Positions 1-8,940 of a stretch of DNA of 32,590 nt are shown here, one piece after another (the first letter of the stretch is position 1; each line of letters begins with the position of its first letter). Location of the stretch: the IMG/VR virus record IMGVR_UViG_3300017767_000001, positions 62,001 through 94,590 of that record, one strand, 5' to 3'. This stretch comes from an uncultured virus (IMG/VR IMGVR_UViG_3300017767_000001). Taxonomy: Duplodnaviria; Heunggongvirae; Uroviricota; Caudoviricetes. The notes beneath the pieces are model-generated. The model ran no database searches. It saw only the letters and a program-made list of their open reading frames with translations, and was not told the DNA's origin. The translations under genes and the position numbers were made by a program.

Positions 1-1
1 T

Positions 2-1168
2 ACAGGTGCAGATGCAGATATTGGTAGTAATGATTTTATTACTACAGGCAAAGTTTATTTTGCAAATATGTTTTCACAGGTTGCAAATCTTCCTAGTGCT
101 ACTACATATCATGGTATGTTTGCTCATGTACATGCTACAGGTGCTGCTTATTTTGCTCATGGAGGTAATTGGGTACGGCTAGCAAATCAATCAGAAGTAT
201 TTAGTGGTGCATTTAGCTCACTTACAGGCAGGCCGACTACTCTTACAGGGTATGGTATTACAGATGCTGCACCTTTAGCTAGTCCAACTTTTACAGGAAC
301 GCCTTCAGGGCCTACAGCTACTAGCGGTACAAACACAACTCAGTTTGCAACAACAGCTTTTGTTCAATCAGCAATATCAGGATTTAGTGCTGGAGCAAAT
401 GTATCTGTATCTGGTAGCGCTCCTAGTAGTCCTTCTGCAGGAGATTTATGGTTTGATGACGATGCTCTTGTACTTTATGTTTATTATGCGGATGGAAGCT
501 CAAACCAGTGGGTACAAACTAACCCAAGTTCTGTAGACCCAAGTGGTTTTGATGGGGCATTTAGTAGTTTATCGGGCAAGCCCACTACTCTTACAGGGTA
601 TGGTATTACAGATGCAGCAGCGGCAAACTCTCCTACGTTTACAGGAACACCCGTTGCTCCCACAGCAAGCAGTGGAACAAATACTACTCAGCTTGCAACT
701 ACAGCATTTGTACAACAAGAAGTATCTTCAGCAGGAGGGTATAATAATGCAAATGTAGATACTCACCTAAATAGAGGTACAGCAAACACAGGAGAGATAT
801 TAAGTTATAATGGTAGTGATTATGACTGGATAGCACAACAAACACAAGAATTTATTAAAGCATATCGCTTTAATGATACTTTAGCAACGAATACTGGGAC
901 TAAAAGATTATATCTACAAAAGGGATATAGCTTGAAAAAAGTTCATGCTTATGTTGACACTGCCCCAGCAGGTTCAAATGTAAATTTAACTATAAAAAAG
1001 AATGGATCAAATTTACAAAATATAAGTGTTTTAGCGGGACAAACAACTGCTAGCTTAACTTCTTTGTCTCATTCGATTACTGCAAATGACTATTTAACAA
1101 TTGATATAACTCAGGTAGGCTCTTCAACAGCGGGCGAAAATTTATACCTAGTGTTTACATTTAACTAA
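2..1168 (+). CDS. Tail fibre-like protein, 5'-truncated by the window edge
   Basis: The frame is open from base 2 (TGADADIGSNDFITTGKVYFANM...). That peptide recurs internally in the 3020-5800 protein, so ATG68 is not the true start. It carries fibre-shaft motifs (KPTTLTGYGITDA; SPTFTGTP.APT..GTNTTQ.ATTAFV), a PSSPSAGDLWFD module and a distinct ~105-aa C-terminal beta-rich domain. Confidence 0.8.
   Translation, partial: TGADADIGSNDFITTGKVYFANMFSQVANLPSATTYHGMFAHVHATGAAYFAHGGNWVRLANQSEVFSGAFSSLTGRPTTLTGYGITDAAPLASPTFTGTPSGPTATSGTNTTQFATTAFVQSAISGFSAGANVSVSGSAPSSPSAGDLWFDDDALVLYVYYADGSSNQWVQTNPSSVDPSGFDGAFSSLSGKPTTLTGYGITDAAAANSPTFTGTPVAPTASSGTNTTQLATTAFVQQEVSSAGGYNNANVDTHLNRGTANTGEILSYNGSDYDWIAQQTQEFIKAYRFNDTLATNTGTKRLYLQKGYSLKKVHAYVDTAPAGSNVNLTIKKNGSNLQNISVLAGQTTASLTSLSHSITANDYLTIDITQVGSSTAGENLYLVFTFN
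200..715 (+). repeat. Intragenic duplication of a 56-codon fibre-shaft block (200-367 and 548-715)
   Basis: FSGAFSSLTGRPTTLTGYGITDAAPLASPTFTGTPSGPTATSGTNTTQFATTAFVQ versus FDGAFSSLSGKPTTLTGYGITDAAAANSPTFTGTPVAPTASSGTNTTQLATTAFVQ. Both copies share the DNA run actactcttacagggtatggtattacagatgc. Confidence 0.9.
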
Positions 1169-1179
1169 GGAGAAAATAT

Positions 1180-2433
1180 ATGTATGCTAAATTAGTATTC
1201 CCCGGCGACACCAAAACAGGGGAGCAGGTTAGGGACATTGTAAGGCTAATTACAAGCTCTACATCAAGTACTGCAAGCCTTTCAGGACTTGAGTTTATTA
1301 CAACCGCACAATCTACAGTATCAGGCGGAAATAGCGGATGGAGTTTACACTCTAGTTCGCCTTCTATTCCAAGTTCGGGGACCGCTGTAAGTGCAGCAGA
1401 CTCAAACTTTACACTAGAAGCTCCGTGTGTAACGAGTGGAAAGACAAAGTACTGCAGTATTCATGTAAATGGAAGCTGGACTCATGCGGCTGCAACTCAT
1501 ACTGGAGATGACTTTGCATTTACAGTGGCAAGTATTATAGATCCTGGTGCTGCTACCGAATTGATCAGTAATGGCTATAGTGGTACGAGTTCTAGTTATG
1601 GCGAAAACTATGGAATCTGCGGAAATACAGAGCATTCAGATCAAGGAATTCACATCTTTGCAGATAACCGAAGAATTATTATTCATGGAAAAGATGGAAA
1701 AAACCATACTGTAACATTAATTAATGGAGAATTTGCTGAAACCGATACCACAACTCGATATACTCTTGTTCCTCAAGCTCAAATGTGTTTAAGTAGTATG
1801 TATCATATTTCAGATCTAAGAAATGTTAGTTATCGAGGAGATACTTATACTCCTTGGGACGGCTTTAGCTATACAGTTCCTTTTATTAGCTTTTTAGAGT
1901 CAATGTACTCTTATCAAAGTGGTTGGACTGGAAAAATAAGATTTACAGGGTGGCATCAATACAACGATAGAGCTAGCTACGGTGGAAAATGCCGTTATCG
2001 TAGCCGTATTGACGATGGAACTCAATATGGAGATTCAACTTTAGAGTCCTCTAGTGGCTACGGAAGAGCACATATGGGGTATGAAATGCTTGATTGGCCT
2101 CAAATTTATATGTTCGGACCAAATCAATATAACCAAGGATGGAATGATAACTCTAATTATGATAGTAGATTTGGAAGAGCTGCCTCAGGTGCTGTAGAGT
2201 ATGATTCAAGTGGAAATGCAGGACTTGCTTTGTACAAAATGTGGTGGTCATCCCCTTCTTGCTGGAATTCAGATAAACAAGTTTTTTCTGATCTTTGTAA
2301 TATTTGGAGATGTGCAGGCGGTCTAGGATCAGATGGGGATACTGTAACTATTGGTAGCGATACTTATGTTTACTTACAGCAAAATACTGCAACTCCTGAT
2401 ACTCTCGGCGGATTTTTAATTAAAAGGACTTAA
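1180..2433 (+). CDS. Hypothetical protein, probably virion/tail-associated (417 aa)
   Basis: Long ORF with RBS taaggag upstream, located in the tail fibre operon. It is Ser/Gly/Tyr/Trp-rich with no recognisable catalytic motif. Confidence 0.7.
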   Translation: MYAKLVFPGDTKTGEQVRDIVRLITSSTSSTASLSGLEFITTAQSTVSGGNSGWSLHSSSPSIPSSGTAVSAADSNFTLEAPCVTSGKTKYCSIHVNGSWTHAAATHTGDDFAFTVASIIDPGAATELISNGYSGTSSSYGENYGICGNTEHSDQGIHIFADNRRIIIHGKDGKNHTVTLINGEFAETDTTTRYTLVPQAQMCLSSMYHISDLRNVSYRGDTYTPWDGFSYTVPFISFLESMYSYQSGWTGKIRFTGWHQYNDRASYGGKCRYRSRIDDGTQYGDSTLESSSGYGRAHMGYEMLDWPQIYMFGPNQYNQGWNDNSNYDSRFGRAASGAVEYDSSGNAGLALYKMWWSSPSCWNSDKQVFSDLCNIWRCAGGLGSDGDTVTIGSDTYVYLQQNTATPDTLGGFLIKRT

Positions 2434-2435
2434 TT

Positions 2436-2759
2436 ATGGCTGCTTTACAAATTACTTACGGAGGATCTTCATATAATGTCACACGACTAGACGTGCAAGA
2501 TACTACTACGCCCTCTCAGGTTCTTTTACAGGGGGCGCAAAATTTATTTACAAATAATACTGCGCGGCTAGATGTACAAGATACAGTTTCTCCTTCTCCA
2601 ACTTTTGCACAAAATGCACAAAAATTATTTGAAAACAATACTACACGATTAGATATTCAAGAACCTATAAGCCCTAATCGTGTGTTTATTCAAGGAGGGG
2701 TTGCGAGTCCTAATGCACAGACAACAGGGGCTCCAGCATCAAAAGAAAGCTGGGAGTAA
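2436..2759 (+). CDS. Hypothetical protein with three 27-aa tandem repeats (107 aa)
   Basis: Tightly packed (2-nt gaps on each side). Repeats NxxRLD[VI]Q[DE]xxxP occur at 81-nt period. Confidence 0.7.
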   Translation: MAALQITYGGSSYNVTRLDVQDTTTPSQVLLQGAQNLFTNNTARLDVQDTVSPSPTFAQNAQKLFENNTTRLDIQEPISPNRVFIQGGVASPNAQTTGAPASKESWE

Positions 2760-2761
2760 TC

Positions 2762-3010
2762 ATGAACTTGACAAAAACATATACAAATTCTGACGACAAA
2801 ATAACTCATGTAGAGATAACTCTTTCTCACATAGAAGATGAAGTAACAACATCAGTATCGGATATATTTGAATTAAGGGAGCCTTTAGATTCAATTACTG
2901 AGACTGAAGCAATAATGGGTGTGGGAATCTGGTGGGCACAATTACGTGCTTTACAAAAAGCACTACAAACAAAATTAAGTCTTGTATCCCACACGGAGAC
3001 GGTAGTTTAG
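2762..3010 (+). CDS. Hypothetical small protein (82 aa), possible fibre chaperone
   Basis: RBS ggag precedes ATG2762, and the ORF fills the gap between neighbouring genes exactly. Function is inferred from context only. Confidence 0.65.
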   Translation: MNLTKTYTNSDDKITHVEITLSHIEDEVTTSVSDIFELREPLDSITETEAIMGVGIWWAQLRALQKALQTKLSLVSHTETVV

Positions 3011-3019
3011 GAGTAGATA

Positions 3020-5800
3020 ATGGCCTATAATTTTCCAAACAGTCCAAGCAATGGAGATACCGTTACAGTAAACGGTGTTGTCTATACTTATATTTCAGCA
3101 GACAATGCTTGGAAAACGGGCACTGGTTTAAGTCCTGCTATACTTAGCAATGGAACTGTTCCTAGTCTCGGTACTGGTATTACTGCAGCAGAAGTAAGAA
3201 CTCTTATTGGAGCAGGGACTAGTAGTGTAGATATAAGCTCTATTGGCGGAGATATAATTCCAGACGGAAATGAAACTCGAGACTTGGGCTCAAGTACAAA
3301 TAAATTTAAAGATCTACACTTAAGTGGTACAAGTATAAATCTTGGCAACCAAACTATCTCCGCGGATAGTAGTAATATAATTGTAGGTCAATTAAAAATT
3401 GGTAGTGGAAATAATCAAGTAACTCTTAGTGGCGGTACAAATAATACTTTACAGATTGGAAATACTGCCGCCTTTAGTGGCGCATTTAGTGATCTCAGCG
3501 GTAAGCCAACAACTATATCAGGATACGGAATTACAGATGCATTTGATGGAGTTTTTGCTTCTCTTTCTAGCAAACCAACAACTATATCAGGATACGGAAT
3601 TACAGATGCGCTTACTTTAGGAACATCATCTACAACTGCACTTGCAGGTAACACTGCTTTATTTAGTGGTGCATTTAGCGCTCTTACAGGTAAACCTAAT
3701 ACTATTGCAGGATATGGTATTACCGATGCATTTAACGGCGCATTTAGTGCTCTTACAGGTAAACCCACTACTATAGCAGGATATGGTATTACCGATGCCG
3801 CATCTACAAGTGCAGATATTGATATTGGTAGTAATGATTTTATTACAACAGGTAAAGTTTTATTTGCAAATATGTATTCAGCGCTTTCCAATTTACCTAG
3901 CGCTACAACTTATCACGGTATGTTTGCACACGTACATGCTACAGGGGCTGCATACTTTGCACACGGCGGAAACTGGATAGAACTCGCAAACAAAAGTTAT
4001 GTAGATACTCAAGTTTCTGCTCTTGTAGACTCTGCACCTGCAACTTTAAATACTTTGAATGAGCTTGCAGCTGCATTAAATGATGATGCTAGTTTTTCTA
4101 CAACAGTTACAAATAGTTTAGCTGTAAAAGCACCTCTTGCAAGTCCTGCACTTAGTGGTATACCGAGCGCCCCAACAGCATCGAGCGGTACAAATACTAC
4201 TCAAATAGCTACTACTGCATTTGTAACAGCAGCAGTAGCGGGAGCTTCTGGAACATATAATAACGCAGCAGTAGATACTCATTTAAATACAGGCACTGCT
4301 TCTACAAATGAAGTACTCTCTTGGACTGGCAGTGATTATGACTGGGTAGCACAGTCTGGTGGCGGTGGTGGTGCTTCGGTGAGCACTTCTGATGCGGCAC
4401 CAAGTAGTCCGAGTGCAGGAGATCTGTGGTACAATACAAGTGCTGGTGGATTATTTGTGTATTATCAAGATGCAAACTCCTCTCAATGGGTGGAAATTGT
4501 AGGTAAAACAGGTGCTACAGGTGCTACAGGTGCTACAGGTGCTGCGGGGTCTAGTGCTGCAATAACTCGTTATGCTAATGTTGCAGGCTTTCCAGGAAGT
4601 CCTACTGCCGCTGATTTAGCTTATGCAAATGATACAAATACTTTATATTTATATAATGGGTCTGCATGGGAAATAGTAGCCTCTGGAAATGACGAAAGTC
4701 CTGTAATTCTTACAGAACCTCCTACAAGCACTCAAAGTTTGACTGGGGGAGCTACGTCAACAGTAACAATGGTAGCACAAGATCCAGAAGGTTTTGATAT
4801 TCAATATGGTATTGCTTACAAAACTACAGGCAATGCACGGCCTACTCAATTATCAGCAGATACAACTATAAATCAAACTACCGGAGTATTTACTCTCACT
4901 GCTAGTAGTAATTCCTCTCACGCAGGAAGTTTCAAAGCACGATTAAGTGCATCTGATGGAGCAAGAACTACAACTCGTTTTGTTGATTTTGACTTATCTT
5001 TTTATGACTTTACTATATCGCCTGCTGTTAGCGGACAATCAACCTGGACCTTAGCAAGTGGAGCTTTAACTTTAGATACTGCACAAGTTTACACAATTAC
5101 TCCTACTTCAAACATGAATATAAATGCAAAAATGTGGGGAGCTGGCGGATCAACTACAGGTACTAGTGCGGGAGGGGCTGGAGGTTACGCAAGCGGTACG
5201 ATTGCTCTTACTGGAGGTACAAGCTATAAAATTCGAGTCGGGTCCCAAACTGGAGGGGGCACGGGAGGTTCAGGTACCGGTGGCGGCTATTCTGGTATTT
5301 TTGTAACGAGCGAAACTCACGCAAATTCTGTAATTATTGCTGGTGGCGGGGGTGGTGGAATTACTCAATACAGTGTTACTCAACAAGCTGCTGCGGGGGG
5401 AGGTGCTTCTGGTCAAACAGGAGGTGTTAGTGGTTCTGGTGCTGGGGGCGGGGGTACTCAAAGTGCAGGGGGTGCGGGCGCTTCTGAAGGAGCTACTCGG
5501 GGAGGTACCGCAGGTAGTGCTCTTACAGGCGGTGTAGGTAATTCTGCTGGTAGTTATGGCGGAGGCGGTGGTGGCTCCGGTTACTATGGTGGAGGCGGTG
5601 GTGCCTCCCGTATAGGGGGTGACGGAGGAAACAATGGAATGGGCGGTGGTGGCTCTGGTTATATTGGACACTCAAGTGTATCTAACGGAGTGAATACTGC
5701 TGGAAATTTAGGAACCCCAGGAAACAGTTCGGATAGTGCAAGAGGCACTGCAGGTAATCCAGCAGTCGCTGGAAAAGTAGTAATTTCTGCAAGTTCATAG
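3020..5800 (+). CDS. Long tail fibre/adhesin with C-terminal glycine-rich domain (926 aa)
   Basis: RBS aggag. N-motif MAYNFPNSPSNG; four YGITDA repeats; SAPATLNTLNELAAALNDD and NTTQIATTAFV motifs typical of lambda Stf/P2 gpH-like fibres; GDLWY module; Gly-X-Y linker; DPEG-containing Ig/cadherin-like domain; Gly-rich C-terminus starting at MWGAGG. Confidence 0.85.
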   Translation: MAYNFPNSPSNGDTVTVNGVVYTYISADNAWKTGTGLSPAILSNGTVPSLGTGITAAEVRTLIGAGTSSVDISSIGGDIIPDGNETRDLGSSTNKFKDLHLSGTSINLGNQTISADSSNIIVGQLKIGSGNNQVTLSGGTNNTLQIGNTAAFSGAFSDLSGKPTTISGYGITDAFDGVFASLSSKPTTISGYGITDALTLGTSSTTALAGNTALFSGAFSALTGKPNTIAGYGITDAFNGAFSALTGKPTTIAGYGITDAASTSADIDIGSNDFITTGKVLFANMYSALSNLPSATTYHGMFAHVHATGAAYFAHGGNWIELANKSYVDTQVSALVDSAPATLNTLNELAAALNDDASFSTTVTNSLAVKAPLASPALSGIPSAPTASSGTNTTQIATTAFVTAAVAGASGTYNNAAVDTHLNTGTASTNEVLSWTGSDYDWVAQSGGGGGASVSTSDAAPSSPSAGDLWYNTSAGGLFVYYQDANSSQWVEIVGKTGATGATGATGAAGSSAAITRYANVAGFPGSPTAADLAYANDTNTLYLYNGSAWEIVASGNDESPVILTEPPTSTQSLTGGATSTVTMVAQDPEGFDIQYGIAYKTTGNARPTQLSADTTINQTTGVFTLTASSNSSHAGSFKARLSASDGARTTTRFVDFDLSFYDFTISPAVSGQSTWTLASGALTLDTAQVYTITPTSNMNINAKMWGAGGSTTGTSAGGAGGYASGTIALTGGTSYKIRVGSQTGGGTGGSGTGGGYSGIFVTSETHANSVIIAGGGGGGITQYSVTQQAAAGGGASGQTGGVSGSGAGGGGTQSAGGAGASEGATRGGTAGSALTGGVGNSAGSYGGGGGGSGYYGGGGGASRIGGDGGNNGMGGGGSGYIGHSSVSNGVNTAGNLGTPGNSSDSARGTAGNPAVAGKVVISASS
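3473..3799 (+). repeat. Four 69-nt (23-aa) F.G.F..L..KP.TI.GYGITDA repeats in two pairs
   Basis: An identical 35-mer ccaacaactatatcaggatacggaattacagatgc occurs at 3506-3540 and 3575-3609. A second pair lies at about 3662-3799. Confidence 0.9.
4508..4543 (+). repeat. Perfect 9-nt tandem repeat (acaggtgct)x4 encoding a collagen-like Gly-Ala-Thr linker
   Basis: Read directly from the sequence. Confidence 0.9.
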
Positions 5801-5809
5801 GAGTAAACA

Positions 5810-7333
5810 ATGGCAACAGATTTTCCAAATAGCCCCGCAAACGGAGCAACTCATACTTTCGGAGGCACTACATATACTTATGATTCCTCTGTAGGTGCTT
5901 GGACTGCTGGAACTTCTGCGGGCGGAGCATCTGTAACTGTATCAGAAACAGCTCCTTCTAATCCTGCTGAAGGGGATTTGTGGTTTGATCCGAGTGTACT
6001 TAAAACGTTTGTATACTATAACGATGGAACAGCAAATCAATGGGTACAGAATAACCCGACGGGAGGCGGAGGAAGCTCCGGCGGAGGTGCTTCTGTAACA
6101 GCATCTGACACGGCCCCAACTTCTCCAAGTGCAGGAGACCTGTGGTATAAGTCAGATACAAATGCACTGTATGTATACTATAATGATGGAGACTCTAGTC
6201 AATGGGTAGGTGTATCCGGCCCTGCAGGAGCTGCAGGAGCTGCAGGAGCCGCAGGAGCCGCAGGAGCAAATGCGGCACCAGTAAGCTATACGGCACAGGG
6301 GAATCTTCCTAGTTCTGGAAATACTGTAGGCTCTTTTGCTTGGCTTACAAGCACAGATCAACTTGCGGTAGCACAATCTGCACAGCATTGGAGTATATTT
6401 ACCAGAGATGCTACTACGGCTTTTACTGCAACTGGAGGTACAATTACAACTTATACTGGTGATGGTACTAATGGAACAAATGGTACTAGCTATAAAGTGC
6501 ATACTTTTACTTCTTCTGGAAACTTTGTAACAACTGGATCAAAAAGTTATGATTATATTGTAGTCGCAGGTGGAGGATCAGGAGGGCCAAGACACGCTGG
6601 CGGAGGCGGTGCCGGAGGATATATCGCACAAACAGGAGTAACGATTGCGGCAGGAACTCATGCAATTGTGATCGGAGCAGGTGGAGCAGGTATCTCATCA
6701 GGAACAGGAACAAGCGGAAATAATGGTAGTAATACAACTTTTAATAGCCATACCGCGATAGGAGGCGGTGGAGGTGGATACTCTAGTTCTGCAGCAGGTA
6801 GCGGAGGTTCCGGGGGCGGAGGATCTAGTTGGAATGCATATACTGGGGGTGCTGGTACATCAGGACAAGGATATTCAGGTAGAGATGGACATTGGACCTC
6901 TTCTGGAGACCACAGAATTTCTGGTGGGGGAGGAGGTGCTGGAAGTCAAGGGCCCGTACCTACACAGAGCCCTCAGCAAGCGGGAGATGGTGGTGTAGGA
7001 GTACAAAACTATATAAATGGAACAGGCCATTACTGGGCTGGTGGAGGTGGTGGTGGTACGTGGAATTCTGGGGGAAGTCGAGGAGGAAATGGTGGTAACG
7101 GTGGAGGCGGCGGTGGAACCCATACGGGTACCGGTACTTTAACTGGAGGAACTGGCGGCTCTGGTTTAAATGCTGGAGGCGCTGGAGGAACAGGAACGAC
7201 TAACCTGCCAGGAGCAGGCGGGCAAAATACCGGAGGTGGCTCAGGCGGCGCAGGGCAAGACGTTCATGCAAGCCATGTTGGTGGTTCTCAAAGCGGAGGC
7301 TCTGGCATTGTAATTATAAGGTATGAGGCATAA
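5810..7333 (+). CDS. Glycine-rich adhesin/minor tail protein (507 aa)
   Basis: RBS aggag. N-motif MATDFPNSPANG; two GDLW modules; GPAGAAGAAG linker; Gly-rich domain from VHTFTSSG..YIVVAGGG to GGSGIVIIRY. Confidence 0.85.
   Translation: MATDFPNSPANGATHTFGGTTYTYDSSVGAWTAGTSAGGASVTVSETAPSNPAEGDLWFDPSVLKTFVYYNDGTANQWVQNNPTGGGGSSGGGASVTASDTAPTSPSAGDLWYKSDTNALYVYYNDGDSSQWVGVSGPAGAAGAAGAAGAAGANAAPVSYTAQGNLPSSGNTVGSFAWLTSTDQLAVAQSAQHWSIFTRDATTAFTATGGTITTYTGDGTNGTNGTSYKVHTFTSSGNFVTTGSKSYDYIVVAGGGSGGPRHAGGGGAGGYIAQTGVTIAAGTHAIVIGAGGAGISSGTGTSGNNGSNTTFNSHTAIGGGGGGYSSSAAGSGGSGGGGSSWNAYTGGAGTSGQGYSGRDGHWTSSGDHRISGGGGGAGSQGPVPTQSPQQAGDGGVGVQNYINGTGHYWAGGGGGGTWNSGGSRGGNGGNGGGGGGTHTGTGTLTGGTGGSGLNAGGAGGTGTTNLPGAGGQNTGGGSGGAGQDVHASHVGGSQSGGSGIVIIRYEA
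6224..6268 (+). repeat. 9-nt tandem repeat (gcaggagcN)x5 encoding a Gly-Ala-Ala linker
   Basis: Read directly from the sequence. Confidence 0.85.
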
Positions 7334-7335
7334 AA

Positions 7336-7647
7336 ATGGCACATTACGCAAAAGTAAAAAATGGAATAGTAGAAAATGTAATTGTAGCAGAAGCAGAGTT
7401 TTTTGAAACTTTTGTTGATGATTCTCCAGGTGAGTGGATTCAAACATCCTATAATACACAGGGAGGAGTACATTATGACCCTACAACTGGAGAGCCTAGC
7501 GAAGACCAAAGCAAGGCTCTTCGAAAAAATTACGCGACCCCGGGCGGAAACTACAACGAAGAGGCGGATGCGTTTTATCATCCCCAGCCCGGAGCAGACT
7601 GGACACTGAATACTACTACGTATTTGTGGGAAGCACCAGAGGAGTAA
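7336..7647 (+). CDS. Conserved phage protein (MAHYAK...WIQTSYNT...LRKNYA...WEAP type), likely partner of Gly-rich tail proteins
   Basis: RBS gagg. The motifs WIQTSYN, LRKNYA, DAF..PQP and LWEAP match my recollection of a hypothetical family found beside Gly-rich phage tail genes; function unproven. Confidence 0.8.
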   Translation: MAHYAKVKNGIVENVIVAEAEFFETFVDDSPGEWIQTSYNTQGGVHYDPTTGEPSEDQSKALRKNYATPGGNYNEEADAFYHPQPGADWTLNTTTYLWEAPEE

Positions 7648-7650
7648 AGA

Positions 7651-8940
7651 ATGGCAATTAATTTTCCAAATAGTCCATCAAACGGGGCAACTCATACAGC
7701 AGCAGGCCAGACATTTACATATGATGGTACTGTATGGAATCCTCAAGAAGGTACTCCTGTATCTACCGGCACAAGTGCACCTTCTAGTCCCTCTCCTGGC
7801 GATCTTTGGTTTGATACGGCCTCTGGTACTTTATATTTTTATTATGCTGATGGCTCCTCGAACCAATGGGTTGGTGTAAGCGGTCCTGCTGGAGCCGCTG
7901 GGGCCGCTGGAGCAACAGGAGCCGCTGGAGCAAATGCGGTCCCTGTAACTTACGCTGGAGTAGCAAATCTTCCAACTTCTGGAAATACAATTGGCAGTTT
8001 TGCATATATTACAGGCACAGACCAACTTGCGGTAGCAAAATCAACAAACCACTGGGTTCTTTTTAGTAAGGATAGTTCAACGGATCTACCCACAGTTACG
8101 GGAGGAGGGGCTTTAGGCACTTTCACAGCTGGAGGTACAACTTATAACTATGCAAAGTTTACTTCCGACGGAACATTTGTAGTTACTGGAACTATGACTG
8201 CAGATATAATGATCGTTGCAGGAGGGGGTGGAGGTGCTGGTACTGGTGGAAATGGCGGAGGTGGAGGAGGTGCTGGTGGCCTTGTATATGCTTCAAGTCA
8301 GTCTTTTAGTGCAGGAACATATAATGCAGTAATAGGGGCGGGAGGAGCTTTAGGACAAAATGGATCAAACTCTACATTTACAGGCCAAACTGCCGCAGTA
8401 GGCGGGGGCGCTGGAGGAGCATTTCAATCGGCAGGAGCTGCTGGAGGCTCTGGAGGGGGTAGCGGGCGAGATGGAGGTACCCCAACTCCAGCAGCAGGAA
8501 CCGCAAATCAAGGTTATGCGGGGGGTGCCGGAGGCGGAACTTCTTGTGCTTCGGCTGGAGGCGGCGGCGGAGCCGGAGGGGTCGGAGCTAACGGAGGAAC
8601 TGACTGTGGGTCCTATACTAGTGGAATGTCTGATGGGGGCGTAGGTGCTTCTACGTACTCTGATTGGCTTGAAGGAGCTTCTGCTGGTGAAGAAGTCGGA
8701 GGCACTCGGTATATTGCAGGTGGCGGAGGCGGTGCTATGGAAACAGGTTTTGTTGCAGGAAGAGGTGTAGGCGGTCATGGGGGCGGGGGCGATGGAGCTC
8801 ACAGTATGAGTACATATGCTGACGGTACGGCAGGAGCAGCAAATACCGGAGGCGGGGGTGGCGGAGGCCAACTTCGAAGTGGTACACAACGTGCAGCAGG
8901 CGCAGGAGGCTCCGGTCTAATATTATTGAGGTGGACGTAA
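7651..8940 (+). CDS. Glycine-rich adhesin/minor tail protein (429 aa)
   Basis: RBS aggag. N-motif MAINFPNSPSNG; GDLWFD module; Gly-X-Y linker; Gly-rich domain from IMIVAGGGGG to GGSGLILLRW. Confidence 0.85.
   Translation: MAINFPNSPSNGATHTAAGQTFTYDGTVWNPQEGTPVSTGTSAPSSPSPGDLWFDTASGTLYFYYADGSSNQWVGVSGPAGAAGAAGATGAAGANAVPVTYAGVANLPTSGNTIGSFAYITGTDQLAVAKSTNHWVLFSKDSSTDLPTVTGGGALGTFTAGGTTYNYAKFTSDGTFVVTGTMTADIMIVAGGGGGAGTGGNGGGGGGAGGLVYASSQSFSAGTYNAVIGAGGALGQNGSNSTFTGQTAAVGGGAGGAFQSAGAAGGSGGGSGRDGGTPTPAAGTANQGYAGGAGGGTSCASAGGGGGAGGVGANGGTDCGSYTSGMSDGGVGASTYSDWLEGASAGEEVGGTRYIAGGGGGAMETGFVAGRGVGGHGGGGDGAHSMSTYADGTAGAANTGGGGGGGQLRSGTQRAAGAGGSGLILLRWT

Noticed and set aside
3473..3799. CRISPR-like array
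   Set aside because: The repeats are in-frame 69-nt coding units with similar, not unique, intervening sequence, and there are no cas genes.
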